Below are positions 1 to 10,999 of a DNA stretch of 64,000 nt, in pieces. This DNA comes from Gemmatimonadota bacterium. GTDB lineage: Bacteria > JBHIER01 > G020348925. The position numbers and the translations under genes are program-made. Under the pieces are notes generated by a model. That model worked only from the letters and a program-made list of their open reading frames with translations, was not told the origin of the DNA and made no database searches. The stretch's first letter is position 1; every line of letters starts with the position of its first letter. Where the stretch lies: contig CP070758.1 of the NCBI GenBank assembly GCA_020348925.1, positions 1-64,000 on the forward strand, given 5' to 3'.

Positions 1-1
1 C

Positions 2-1795
2 TGCACAGACGGGGTGGACAACGACTGCGATGGTTACGCTGATTGCGATGACGGCGACTGTCTGGTTGATGGTGATGATGACGGGTATTATGCCGAGCCC
101 TGCGGCGGCGACTGTGATGACGGTGACCGGCTGGTGAATCCGGAGGCCACAGAGGAGTGCCATGACGGGGTGGACAACGACTGTGATGGCTATGTGGACT
201 CAGAGGATTGTGCGGTGGTGACGCAATCCTACTGTGAGAGTGTCAATGATGTGGACGAGGGGTCCATGATGTTTCCGAAATTCGACCCTGCCCAGGGGGA
301 CCTCGTGGGTGTTGACCTTTCAATTGTGGGTACCCTTCGTCAGGATGTGATGATTGAGAACGTGGATTTCAGAAATCCCACCAATGACTTTTGGCTGGAT
401 ACCTTCTTTTCGTTGCAATTTTCTATTCCCGGGTGTCCTTCCGATCCCCTTGAGCTGGAGATTGGCACCCACCTGTCGGAGATATGTTTGGCCGCCTACG
501 ATGGAGTGACTAATTATGACGGGGAGTCTGGGGTAACCTTCGAGGATCTTTTGGTGTGCAGTACGGCGACATGTGAGGTGGCTGAATATGCGCCCTATAT
601 AGGGACAGGGGATGTGAGCGTGGCGTTTTCCGGTGAATTTTCCCGTCATGAGAGCGGCTACGAAGGGGGGCAGCCCCAGTGGAATCAAAGAAATTCTTTT
701 GATGCACAAGTATGTGTGAGGTATTCGTATGAGAGACCCTTGGATGCCGATGTTCCGAGTGCTCGGTTTCCCACGATTCAAAATGCACTTGAAAGGGTTC
801 CAGATGGAGGGGTGGTAGGGATCAGGCCTGGGAGGTACGATGAGAGTCTGTGTATTGAGGGGAAGTTGGTTCATCTTGTGGGGAAAGTGGGGGATGGGGA
901 GTTGGCGCCAGAGATTGTGGGTACGGACATGGATGCAGGAGTGATCACAGTTCTTTCTGGGGGAGGTGTATCGGTCAAGGACTTACATGTGTCCGGTGGT
1001 GCATACGGGATTGCCGGTGCTCCCGATGATACGACGGGCGAGGCATTGCCAGCATCGGTTCAGCTTGAAAATGTGAGCATATATCAGACGAGTCGTGGTA
1101 TCTATGGTAATTTTTCATACCTTGAGGGAAGAGATGTTGAGATCAGCAATACAGAATGGAACGGTATGTCTATCCTGTATGCTCAACTCATTCATTTAAT
1201 GGGTTTCAATATCCACGATACAGGAGGTGTTGGGATCCTCTTGTTTAATGTCGATGAAGAAGCCTCTGGTTATTTACACGTCATTGGTGGTAAATACATC
1301 TACGGAAATTCTGGAGGCGGAATTGTTGTCGCGGGAGGTGCCAAACCTGTTCTTATCCTGGGTTGCATTATAGACGCCAATGGCGATGCAGGGATTGATA
1401 TCATCGATACCGGCGATTTAGTCATTCAGAATACTCAGGTCTTGAACACATATCCACGACCTGACACTTCATGGGGTGATGGTATCCGGATTTGGTCCTC
1501 GGAAATAGTGACGTTGATGAACTCGACAATATCTGGAAACGCCCGGGCTGGAATTAGCATCTTCGGTTGTGACCCTGATCATCACAGCAAGATGCGGCAT
1601 TGGGATAATATCTTATCATCTCATGCTTTTGACTGGGAAGCTGGAGCCTTCAATACGCAGGGAGAAAGCTGTCCGCCTGGCAGTTACGAGATCGAGCACC
1701 TGGGCGGGACGTGGTGCTTGGATGAAAACGGAAACCCACAAGAATGCCAGGTACTATCCAGTGGTCCCCCAGCATCCCCTGAACCTCTACCCTGA
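2..1795 (+). CDS. Secreted-type mosaic protein, 5'-truncated: Asp/Cys-rich 'putative metal-binding' (MopE-related) repeats + choice-of-anchor E-like domain + right-handed beta-helix
   Basis: Frame open from window start (CTDGVDNDCDG...). Repeats DGVDNDCDG and DCDDGD...NPEATEEC; FPKFDPAQGDLVGVDLSI segment; 'PTIQNALE...IRPGRYDE' start of a pectin-lyase-like helix with N-G-I repeats. Confidence 0.6.
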   Translation, partial: CTDGVDNDCDGYADCDDGDCLVDGDDDGYYAEPCGGDCDDGDRLVNPEATEECHDGVDNDCDGYVDSEDCAVVTQSYCESVNDVDEGSMMFPKFDPAQGDLVGVDLSIVGTLRQDVMIENVDFRNPTNDFWLDTFFSLQFSIPGCPSDPLELEIGTHLSEICLAAYDGVTNYDGESGVTFEDLLVCSTATCEVAEYAPYIGTGDVSVAFSGEFSRHESGYEGGQPQWNQRNSFDAQVCVRYSYERPLDADVPSARFPTIQNALERVPDGGVVGIRPGRYDESLCIEGKLVHLVGKVGDGELAPEIVGTDMDAGVITVLSGGGVSVKDLHVSGGAYGIAGAPDDTTGEALPASVQLENVSIYQTSRGIYGNFSYLEGRDVEISNTEWNGMSILYAQLIHLMGFNIHDTGGVGILLFNVDEEASGYLHVIGGKYIYGNSGGGIVVAGGAKPVLILGCIIDANGDAGIDIIDTGDLVIQNTQVLNTYPRPDTSWGDGIRIWSSEIVTLMNSTISGNARAGISIFGCDPDHHSKMRHWDNILSSHAFDWEAGAFNTQGESCPPGSYEIEHLGGTWCLDENGNPQECQVLSSGPPASPEPLP

Positions 1796-2595
1796 GCATT
1801 CATCGTGATGGGAGGAGAAAAACCCGAGCCTTTATAATATAGAAAATCTTTGAACACACCGAAATCACGCTATGTTGATGAGCAATCTCTGTTCTACTGA
1901 TGGTGTTAAAAACCTCACTAAAAATTTTAGCACATCATGGATTGTTTCTGGTGAAATATTTTAACCTGCTATAATCTGAAAAGATCGTTTGACTGGACAT
2001 CCAGGGATGAAGATTTAGGTTGGGGAGAGAGCGGAGTGTTCGTTGATGAAAGTGAACCGGGAGGTGATGTGTACCACATAGATATCTTGTAATGTCAATA
2101 CTAATCCTGCCTGTGTAATTCTCCTATTTGACAAAAATTAACTGACGCAGATTATCGTGACAGTCGGGAATCCACCAATTTTTTTAACATCGGGGGAAAA
2201 TGCGTGTTTCCGTTTTTAAAGGGTTACAGCAAACTCTGTTTCCAATCTCTGGTAATAGAGTTACAAATAAAAACTCATTGTTAAGAATAGAATAACTCAG
2301 GTCATGTGAACATACTGATAACTCAGTAATTCATATCGTCCGACAGATCGCTTCGGATATTTCAGACTATGAGAATTCTTAATAATGTTAACGTCTTAAT
2401 TTTTAGAAAAATGTGTCAACAACCATATCGTCAGTCATTCGTCCTGGCATCCGTATTACAGTCATTAATGATCGACGCAGAAGTCAAACAGTTCATCATA
2501 AGGAGGTGGTTCAAAATGTGTACCTTCAGAGTGGGACTGGAAATTTGGGCGATGACTTACTCTATGAGAAGGTGGTTAAAAGGAGGTGACGAAGT

Positions 2596-3498
2596 ATGTC
2601 ATACTTAAAAATCTTGGGAGGAATGTTTGCTCTGTTCCTTGCTCTATTGCTTTCCATCGTGTCCATTTACTCCCAGTCCTCCAGTCCTGATTACAGTATA
2701 CCCACCTCAGTGGTGGCTATGGGGGGTGGGCAGGGGAGTTCAGCCAGCTTTCATGGACGGCACTCCGTGGGTCAACCGACCGTCATCGGCAACATGCAGA
2801 GCCCAAGCTATACCATGTTTTCTGGGTTTCAACCTACTATTTTGGATGAGTTTCTCCTACCGACTGCTGAGCGGGGTGACGTCAATGGTGACGGAACCAT
2901 CGATGTGCTCGATGTGTTAGTGACGGTTAACCATATCTTAGGTACAGGTCCCTTGACCGGGGATGCTCTCCTGCGGGCTGACTGCAATGGAGATTGGGAA
3001 ATCAACGTATTGGATGCCCTGGGCATCGTAAACGTGATTCTGGGTATTGGTGATTGTTCTGGCGGAGGAACCAAGTTAAAGGTTACTCCTGAGGCCATAG
3101 AATTTCTTAAAGGACTCAGGACGTACTTCTCGGCTGAAGATTTTGACTGCCTTATGGCTCTTGTCAAGGGAGAGGTGGAGGTTCCAACGGAGTACAGTCT
3201 GGCCCAGAACTATCCCAATCCTTTTAATCCAAATACGACCATAAAATACGCCCTGCCGAGCGGAGAACGAAACACGCAAAACGGAACACGAACTCACATC
3301 ACCCTGAAGATATACAACATACTTGGACAAGAAATACAAACGTTGGTTGATGAAGCTCAGAAGGCAGGATATTACGCCGTGAGCTGGAATGGGAAGGACA
3401 GCCAAGGGAGACAGGTTCCAAGCGGGATTTATTTTTACCAGATGTCGGCGGACGGTGGAAGGTGGTTGGAGGCGAAGCAAATGGTGCTCTTGAAGTAG
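2596..3498 (+). CDS. Dockerin type I + T9SS type A sorting domain protein
   Basis: RBS aggagg; signal peptide; duplicated Ca-binding dockerin repeats GDVNGDGTIDVLD / ADCNGDWEINVLD; C-terminal QNYPNPFNP...LKIYNILGQ...SGIYFY...MVLLK. Confidence 0.85.
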   Translation: MSYLKILGGMFALFLALLLSIVSIYSQSSSPDYSIPTSVVAMGGGQGSSASFHGRHSVGQPTVIGNMQSPSYTMFSGFQPTILDEFLLPTAERGDVNGDGTIDVLDVLVTVNHILGTGPLTGDALLRADCNGDWEINVLDALGIVNVILGIGDCSGGGTKLKVTPEAIEFLKGLRTYFSAEDFDCLMALVKGEVEVPTEYSLAQNYPNPFNPNTTIKYALPSGERNTQNGTRTHITLKIYNILGQEIQTLVDEAQKAGYYAVSWNGKDSQGRQVPSGIYFYQMSADGGRWLEAKQMVLLK

Positions 3499-3676
3499 CA
3501 TCAAGATTGAGACAGGATGACCAGTCGGTTTAGGGTTCAACGGACCAAGGGAATGAAGGAGGTTGAGAACAATGAGGTTGAACATACTTGTTGTGAAGCC
3601 GATGAAAGAGGCGAAACTGGTCTTTCAGGTTCGATTTCCTCAGGAACATGAAATACAGAACCGCAGGAGGTGTGAT

Positions 3677-5416
3677 ATGGGTAGACTTATTGTAGTGATG
3701 TTGAGCGCCCTTCTTTTGATCGGTGCAGCGGTGACGGTATATGGTGCAGTACCGCAGTTCATGAACTTTCAGGGCGTCCTGTTGGATGATGAGGGGGAGC
3801 CGGTGACCATAGCCGTAGAGATTGTGTTTACCATCTGGGATGCGGAGGTTGAGGGAAACAGTCTGTGGACCGAGACGCGATCGGTGACGCCCGATGCCAA
3901 CGGGATATATAATATCCTTTTGGGTGCGTTTGAGCCGATTACGGATGATATCTTCGACGGATCGGAACGCTGGCTTGGTGTGGAAGTGGAAGGTGAAGAG
4001 ATGCCGCGCACGCGGCTGGCCTCGGTGGGATATGCTTACCGGGTGAGTACTATCGACAGCGCCTCTGGCGGCACAATCATCGGTAATCTCATGCTTAGCG
4101 ATAATGGTAATTTGAGAGCCAAACTCTATAGTCAGGGTTATGGACAAATCGAGCTTCGTGATTTTCCCGATGGAGATATCACGGTTGACCTCAGTGCTGG
4201 TATATCCAACGGCGGTAAGCTCATTCTTAACCAGGAGGATGGCACATCAGGTGCGCTCCTCAGTGGCGGCAGCACCACTTCCGGTGCCTCACTTACCCTG
4301 CATAATGCCCAGGATGTTGCTACGGTTAACTTTTACGCCGACGACGGCACCCAAGCGGAAGACGTTGGTGCATTATTAACTATGTACGACGGTGCAAATA
4401 AGACGGTCCACATTGACGCCCATGGAGTCACTTACGGCGGAGCACAGGTTTCCCTGAGCGAAAATGACGGCACCACCACTATTTCTCTCGATGCCCAAAG
4501 CGGATCGGACGGTGGCGCCCATGTTTCTCTGCGCGACAGTGAAGAACGTACCACGATCTCCCTTGATGCCGAGGAAGGATCTGCCGGTGGTGGTATTGTG
4601 AGGATGTATGACGACGATGGGGATAAAACAGTCCACATTGATGCTCACGGAGTAACTTACGGTGGCGCGCAACTTTCTCTGAGCGATCACTCCGGCGCGA
4701 CAACCGTCTCCCTCGATGCCGAGAGCGGTGCATCGAATGGCGGCGCACGCGTTACCATGACGGATGGCACGCAAACAACGATCTTGATGGATGCCAATGC
4801 CGGAGAAGGTGGTGCGGGAGTCTTATTATACAACAGCAATGGGGAATACACAATTGAACTTGACGCCGACGAAGGTGATGACGGCGTCATGCGCCTTTTC
4901 AATGACGCCGGTACAGCCACCATCGTTCTCGACGCCGACTACAACGGTTACAGCCGGGTCAGAACCGATGTTCTCGAAATCAACGGTGGATCGGACCTCT
5001 CCGAGCAATTCGATATACATACTCTTCCAGACGATGACCAACCGTCTCCAGGGATGGTCGTTTGTATCGATCCGGAGCACGCGGGCAAGCTCGTAATCAG
5101 CCGCGAGGCCTACGATTGCACGGTAGCTGGTATCATCAGCGGGGCCGGCGGTATCAAACCGGGCATGCTCATGGGTCAATCCGGCTCGGTGAGCGACGGT
5201 CAGTATGCCGTGGCACTGACCGGAAGGGTATATTGCTGGGCCGATGCCTCGTATGGCCAGATTAGACCTGGCGATCTCCTGACCACCTCGGATACTCCTG
5301 GTCATGCCATGAGAGTTGCCGATCACACTAAAGCCCAGGGTGCGATCCTGGGAAAGGCGATGACGCACCTCGAGGAAGGACAGGGTCTGGTCCTTGTTCT
5401 TGTGACTTTACAATAG
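3677..5416 (+). CDS. Secreted fibre-like repeat protein with C-terminal intramolecular-chaperone-like (peptidase G2/S74-type) domain
   Basis: Start moved to ATG 3677 (RBS caggagg). Signal peptide, then VPQFMNFQGVL; duplicated KTVHIDAHGVTYGGAQ repeats; C-terminal GSDLSEQF...PGMVV...VAGIISG...ALTGRV...PGDLLTTS. Confidence 0.6.
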   Translation: MGRLIVVMLSALLLIGAAVTVYGAVPQFMNFQGVLLDDEGEPVTIAVEIVFTIWDAEVEGNSLWTETRSVTPDANGIYNILLGAFEPITDDIFDGSERWLGVEVEGEEMPRTRLASVGYAYRVSTIDSASGGTIIGNLMLSDNGNLRAKLYSQGYGQIELRDFPDGDITVDLSAGISNGGKLILNQEDGTSGALLSGGSTTSGASLTLHNAQDVATVNFYADDGTQAEDVGALLTMYDGANKTVHIDAHGVTYGGAQVSLSENDGTTTISLDAQSGSDGGAHVSLRDSEERTTISLDAEEGSAGGGIVRMYDDDGDKTVHIDAHGVTYGGAQLSLSDHSGATTVSLDAESGASNGGARVTMTDGTQTTILMDANAGEGGAGVLLYNSNGEYTIELDADEGDDGVMRLFNDAGTATIVLDADYNGYSRVRTDVLEINGGSDLSEQFDIHTLPDDDQPSPGMVVCIDPEHAGKLVISREAYDCTVAGIISGAGGIKPGMLMGQSGSVSDGQYAVALTGRVYCWADASYGQIRPGDLLTTSDTPGHAMRVADHTKAQGAILGKAMTHLEEGQGLVLVLVTLQ

Positions 5417-5486
5417 GATATCGTTCTGGATTCAGAACCGTCTGAAGGTTCCATAAATGTGTCAATACAAAGTAGGAGATGCAACT

Positions 5487-7085
5487 ATGTCTCGCATTCT
5501 GAATACCATCTTTCACAAGAAAAAACTTAGAACGGGTTCTGTTGGAACGGTTGTTGTGGTGGGAATCTTTTTTTTCGCGATCTTTGCACAACATGGTGTA
5601 CCAGCTTCTACCGCATCGCAATTGGGTCAGCAATCGCCGTATGCCGCACGAAGGATGTACATTGGCCATAAGGTCATTCAGGTTCACATTCGGGATACGG
5701 CTGACCTTGAATTGGTTAGGGCCATGACCGATGATATCTGGAGTCGGCACGACCTGGAGGGTACAATCGATATACGGATTTCGCCGGAACAGTTCTCCCG
5801 GCTGCTTCAGACGGATTTATCATTCACAACACTTATTGAAGACCTTCAGGAACGAGTTGATAGTGAGGCTGCTGAAATAGTGGCGCGAGAAAAAATGCCG
5901 CATCTGAGTTGGTATGAGAATTACAAACAACTTAACGAAATTCAGGCCAAGATCAGTGAACTCGCCGATGAGTTTTCTAATCTTGCACAGCTCACAGAAA
6001 TCGGGCGATCAATCGAGGATCGGCCTGTTCTGTTGTTGGAGATCACCGGCACAGGTGATAGTTCCGACCGGCCGATCGTGATGATTATCGGCTGCCAGCA
6101 TGCCCGCGAGTGGGTCAGTCCTATGACCGTAATGTACATCGCTGAACAGCTGTTGGAGCAGTATACCGCCAGCTCGAAGGTCCGCGACATTCTTGATCAG
6201 GTGCAGTTTTTCATCGTCCCGATGATGAATCCCGACGGCTATCTTTACACCTGGACGACGGAACGTTATTGGCGAAAGAACCGCAATCCCAATCCCGATT
6301 TTGAATGCATGGGGGTCGATTTGAATCGAAACTGGAATTACTCCTGGGGATCAGCGGGTGCGGATTACGAGCCTTGCGAAGATGGCGAGAACAATACATA
6401 TCGGGGGACAGCTCCATTTTCCGAGCCGGAGCTGCACGGCGTGCGGGATGTGGCCCTGACTTACAGAGACCGTATCCAGGCGTTCATCGACTTTCACAGC
6501 TACAAGCAGCTTATTTTATCCCCGTGGAGCTACACGAACGAGCCACCGCCGAGTCTCGGTTTGTTCAACGTGCTTGGTGAGAACATGGCCAACGCCATTG
6601 CCGACGTTCATGGCAAAACTTATGTATACGGTCCAGGTGCAACGACAGCTTATATTGTTTCAGGAGGTGCAAAGGATTGGGGGTTCGGGGAGTTGTGTGC
6701 CCTGAGCTGGACGATTGAGCTGCGCCCGAGGTTGTCGACTGAGGGCGGTTTTTCACTCCCACCAGACCAGATTCAGCCTACAGCCGAAGAAAGCTTCGAG
6801 GCTGTCATATCGCTGACTGAAGCTCTCATGCCTCCTGAAATGGCATGGGTCGACTTCTCGTGGACAGAATCCGAGGCGGGCACGTATTCGCAACCGTATG
6901 ACATGGTTTCTGAAGGCGTGTCTGCGGTTCATGCGAAGGGTACGGTAATGATCAAAGCCGGTACGTCAGAAGAAGCACTGGTTATCACAGAACCTGTGAC
7001 GCTCAGATCGTACAAAGGGAGTGCCGTCATCGGCAGATCAGGCCTGCGTTTATCTGGCATGGATTCGCCAACACAATCGGAATGA
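5487..7085 (+). CDS. M14 zinc carboxypeptidase
   Basis: HAREW, WRKNR, GVDLNRN, FSEPE, DFHSY and TIEL motifs; start uncertain (5457/5487). Confidence 0.9.
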   Translation: MSRILNTIFHKKKLRTGSVGTVVVVGIFFFAIFAQHGVPASTASQLGQQSPYAARRMYIGHKVIQVHIRDTADLELVRAMTDDIWSRHDLEGTIDIRISPEQFSRLLQTDLSFTTLIEDLQERVDSEAAEIVAREKMPHLSWYENYKQLNEIQAKISELADEFSNLAQLTEIGRSIEDRPVLLLEITGTGDSSDRPIVMIIGCQHAREWVSPMTVMYIAEQLLEQYTASSKVRDILDQVQFFIVPMMNPDGYLYTWTTERYWRKNRNPNPDFECMGVDLNRNWNYSWGSAGADYEPCEDGENNTYRGTAPFSEPELHGVRDVALTYRDRIQAFIDFHSYKQLILSPWSYTNEPPPSLGLFNVLGENMANAIADVHGKTYVYGPGATTAYIVSGGAKDWGFGELCALSWTIELRPRLSTEGGFSLPPDQIQPTAEESFEAVISLTEALMPPEMAWVDFSWTESEAGTYSQPYDMVSEGVSAVHAKGTVMIKAGTSEEALVITEPVTLRSYKGSAVIGRSGLRLSGMDSPTQSE

Positions 7086-7235
7086 GGTGGTGGCATTCGG
7101 ATTTACTTACTTGACATTAACAAAATTTCAGGGTGCCATTCTCGACCGGACCATGTCCTCGTGCGGGAGGACGGGATTCTCTTGCCGGTCCATATGGTGG
7201 TGCATGATTGACCATGAACTCTCAAGGAAAAGGAG

Positions 7236-8240
7236 ATGATTATGAGGACAGACAGCTTGTTCCGGGACAAAGGACTAAGATCTATACTGCATTGGATGTT
7301 GGGGGTAGTGGCCGTATGCCTGATGTTACCCCTTTTTTGTGTAGCCAAGGATCGATCGGCGGATGAAATTCTTGTGGGAAGGTGTGGGGGAGTTACTGGT
7401 GTTCCGTATAAGGGCTTGGAAAAGAAGAAGTTAAAAGGCTCTGCCGGGTTGAACATTGAGGCCTCTTTCGGCACGCAACTCTCGGTGGAGGAGATAGCAG
7501 TGATTCAGCACGCGATTAGCGAATGGGAATCAATCGTGGAGGACGATGGTGTAACGCCCAATCCCTACCCCATCTCTTTCATTGCTGCAGATCTCGGGGG
7601 CTTCACTCTCGGAAGCACCGTAGTAAATTACATCCCATCTTCCGGATACCCCGTCTCTGCGGTCATCTATTTAAGTGTTCTAACTCCTTATGAGTGGTTC
7701 GTAGATCCCACGCCGGAGGATGATTCGGAGTTCGGTTCAGATCCGCCGTCAGGCTTTGATCTTCTCTCCGTCGCCAGACATGAGATCGGCCATGCCTTGG
7801 GTTGGTTTCCCGATACCAGGCGTTGGTGGGGAAATATCTCCGGAGACACATTCGACGCAGATCGTTTAAACGTTTTAATTGACTCCGACGGCATGGCCCA
7901 TGCCGATCCCAGTGCACACCCCAATGAACTCATGGTCCCGACACTGCCGAACGGAACGCGCCGATTGATCTCTCTCTATCCGGCAGCGGCGGTGGCAGCA
8001 CGCGTTTTCTATTACAGTATTCCAATGCGATTCGTCGATGGAGCAAATGATACCGGATTAGAATTCGGATCGGTCAGCGATCCGTGGAATACGTTTGAGG
8101 AGGGGCTGGACCTTACGCCTATTGGATATAATCTTCTGTTGATGCCGAATACCTATACTGTATCCGTTCCTCTTGTGCATTCGACCAGAATAACCATCAG
8201 CGCTGCACGAGGCGGCAGCGCCGTGATCAAGACACCGTGA
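7236..8240 (+). CDS. Secreted zincin/matrixin-like metallopeptidase
   Basis: HEIGHALG zinc motif, downstream His and Met-turn-like ELMVP; N-terminal hydrophobic segment. Confidence 0.75.
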   Translation: MIMRTDSLFRDKGLRSILHWMLGVVAVCLMLPLFCVAKDRSADEILVGRCGGVTGVPYKGLEKKKLKGSAGLNIEASFGTQLSVEEIAVIQHAISEWESIVEDDGVTPNPYPISFIAADLGGFTLGSTVVNYIPSSGYPVSAVIYLSVLTPYEWFVDPTPEDDSEFGSDPPSGFDLLSVARHEIGHALGWFPDTRRWWGNISGDTFDADRLNVLIDSDGMAHADPSAHPNELMVPTLPNGTRRLISLYPAAAVAARVFYYSIPMRFVDGANDTGLEFGSVSDPWNTFEEGLDLTPIGYNLLLMPNTYTVSVPLVHSTRITISAARGGSAVIKTP

Positions 8241-8348
8241 GGACAACCNNNNNNNNNNNNNNNNNNNNNNNNNNNNNNNNNNNNNNNNNNNNNNNNNNNN
8301 NNNNNNNNNNNNNNNNNNNNNNNNNNNNNNNNNNNNNNNNNNNNNNNN

Positions 8349-9988
8349 CAACCGTTGTCGTAAAGATCGTCGAGGACTGCGAGATTCTGGTCGCCTGGCC
8401 GGATACGACCTCCTACGCCTGCGGCCTGATTGAAATCCCACTCCGCATCCATCCGGACTACGATTGTCTGGCCGATCTGGATGTCACCTCGGCCTATTTC
8501 GAGCTGGACTATGACCCGAGCCTGATAACGGTTTTCGAGGTGGGCAACGAGGGACTGATCACCGAGGATTGGGGTGCTCTGACCTACAATCTGGATGAGG
8601 CGAACGGAAAGATCACGGTGGCCATGGCCGGAAACTACCCCTTGCCTCAGTGCGATCCGATCTGTACTTGGTACGATTTCCTGTATGTTGGTTTCGAGAT
8701 CAATCACGGGGTTACCAGCGAGGACAGCGCTCTCCTGTCCATAGATTATGTCAAGTTCAACGAGGATGATCCAAGATCATGCTGGGTCGACACGACGTGG
8801 CTGCACTTCCGCGATTTCTCGATTGAGGGTACGGTGCGTTACAGCGATACCGGTTTACCAATTCCTGGAGCGATCATTTATTGTTGTCCAGCGGAGACAG
8901 TCGTAAACTGTAGCGATGAGGACGGAGAGCCCTGCGACACGACCTCTTCGAATTACCAAATCTCACTCATTAGTGGATGCACTGCCTTCTGTACAGCCCC
9001 TGGAAAGGAGAACACATTGACGGTCCAGGATCAGATCGTCACCTCCTACGATGCGACACTCATCCTGCAATCCATCTCCGGAGCCGTGACGTTGAGCCAC
9101 AACGACTCCATCGCCGCCGATGTGACCGGCAGCGGGAGCGGGCCGTTCAGTTATGACATCACCGCCTTCGATGCTTCTGTCATCCTCAGATGGGTAGTGA
9201 CCGGCTACGTGGGCAATGATCTCATTCCATCCCATTCCATCGGCGATTGGGTCTTTGAATATGACGGTGTGCTGCCGCAGTATCGGTACTGGCCGTGGGC
9301 CTGCTATACTAATCTGAACAAGGATTTTCTGAACGAGGATTGGGAGGGCGTCATTATTGGTGATGTGAGCCAGAACTGGCCAGGTCCGCCGGCCAAGGCG
9401 GTGGCGGGAGAGCTGGAAGTTGAAGTTGAGGGGATGACTTTGACGGTCAATGTCGGAACGGCCAGTGCGGTGGACATGACAATCTCCGGTACTGATCTGA
9501 AGGTTGCTGATGTATCGGCTGACGGTCTTGTGGAGTGGGTCGAAAATACCGAGGGTGTAAGGATTGCCGCAGCCAGTGAGAAGGATTTTTCACAGATCTC
9601 GATCACCTTCGAGCGGTTGGTGCCTGGCGAGCTCGAGCTCACGGCCCGGATTGACGAGGGTGCCTTGATGGGCTCCGTGGTCAAGGTTGTGCCGATCCCG
9701 ACGGAGTATGCTCTGGAGCAGAACTACCCCAATCCGTTCAATCCGTTCACAGATATCAGATACCAGATAGCAGACAGCAGATTGCCTGTCCAAACTACTC
9801 TGAAGATTTACAACATTCTTGGTCAACAGGTGCGGACGCTGGTGGATGAGGCTCAGGAGCCGGGCTATTACACCGTCACCTGGGACGCGAGGGACGATGC
9901 TGGCCGCGAGTTCTCCAGTGGTATCTATTTCTATCGCTTGAATGCCGGTCAGTTCACACAAACGAAGCGTATGGTTCTCATGAAATAG
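8349..9988 (+). CDS. Cohesin-like + dockerin + T9SS sorting domain protein, 5'-truncated by gap
   Basis: IEIPLRI...AYFELDYDPSLITVFEV...KFNE cohesin-like fold; dockerin VTSYDATLIL / AADVTG...TAFDASVIL; QNYPNPFNP CTD. Paralogue of 53293..55773. Confidence 0.75.
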
Positions 9989-10159
9989 TCCACGGATTAC
10001 ACGGACTCATACCGATTCGAATCACAGACGACCGATTGAGACTGAGGACGGTGCTGCAGAAAGTGTGTGGTCGTTCAAAGGAAAAAAATATCGATTCCAT
10101 TTTACGAAAAAGGGTACCAGGAAATGAACTCCCGTAACCTTTATTCTTGAAGGAGAAAC

Positions 10160-10966
10160 ATGAAAAGCGTAATGAAAATCTGGTGCGTTCTATGGTTCAT
10201 ATTTCTGTGTGGAAGCCAACTCAGCGCTATTTCGAAGTTACCTATTATGGTTTCAGCTGCATATTCCCAGGAATACAAAGACGCCTACCAGTCGCGCCAG
10301 GACGAGTTCGATCCTCGCAAGGAGGGCATAAAAGAATTTAAGACAAAACCGGTAACCAGTGATAAAATTGTATTGCTCTCCGCTCTCATCCATACCGATA
10401 TCTCAGAACAAGCCCCAATGCCAGAGGCCATCCAGCTTGGATTCTACACTGAGCAAAGAGCTCCGGTTTCAGTCGAAATATTCTGTGAACCGAAGCTGTA
10501 CTATGTCGATCCGCTTCGTGAGAATTGGGGACCAGGTATGGCAACATTTACGTGGCCCACTGAAATTATGAAACGACATCAAATTCCAGCAGATGATCTG
10601 TATGCACGGGCGGTGCTCGTTGAACAGGCAACCCGCACTTTGTTTCCGGCCTGCATCTATTTTCGGGAGTCGCCGAGTGCAGTGCAAGTATACGAATTTA
10701 TCGTGGCCCCTCTGCGAAAAATGCAGATGCAATATTGGATTATTGATGCTGATTCAGACAGTCTCATCATCACCGGTACAGAGCAGAGCATCGGTGCCAA
10801 CAAACAGCGCAACATCACATGGGATGGCCGTGATGATTTCGGAAATGAAGTTCCTGAAGGTGAATATTTGCTCAAACTTCAGGGAACCTATAAGCCACAG
10901 TTTGGAAGACGTCGCACAATCTCAGTGAATTATCGATTCTTACACAAGACGAAGCTCGATGAATAA
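10160..10966 (+). CDS. Secreted protein with C-terminal FlgD Ig-like domain
   Basis: RBS aaggag; signal peptide; ITWDGRDDFGNEVPEGEY motif. Confidence 0.65.
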   Translation: MKSVMKIWCVLWFIFLCGSQLSAISKLPIMVSAAYSQEYKDAYQSRQDEFDPRKEGIKEFKTKPVTSDKIVLLSALIHTDISEQAPMPEAIQLGFYTEQRAPVSVEIFCEPKLYYVDPLRENWGPGMATFTWPTEIMKRHQIPADDLYARAVLVEQATRTLFPACIYFRESPSAVQVYEFIVAPLRKMQMQYWIIDADSDSLIITGTEQSIGANKQRNITWDGRDDFGNEVPEGEYLLKLQGTYKPQFGRRRTISVNYRFLHKTKLDE

Positions 10967-10999
10967 CACTTTGCCATTCGCAAGTACCAAGGCTTAACC

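Noticed and set aside
2282-2302. Short match AAGAATAGAATAACnCAGG shared with ~20133-20151
   Set aside because: Only about 19 bp, AT-rich and two copies; too weak to call a feature.
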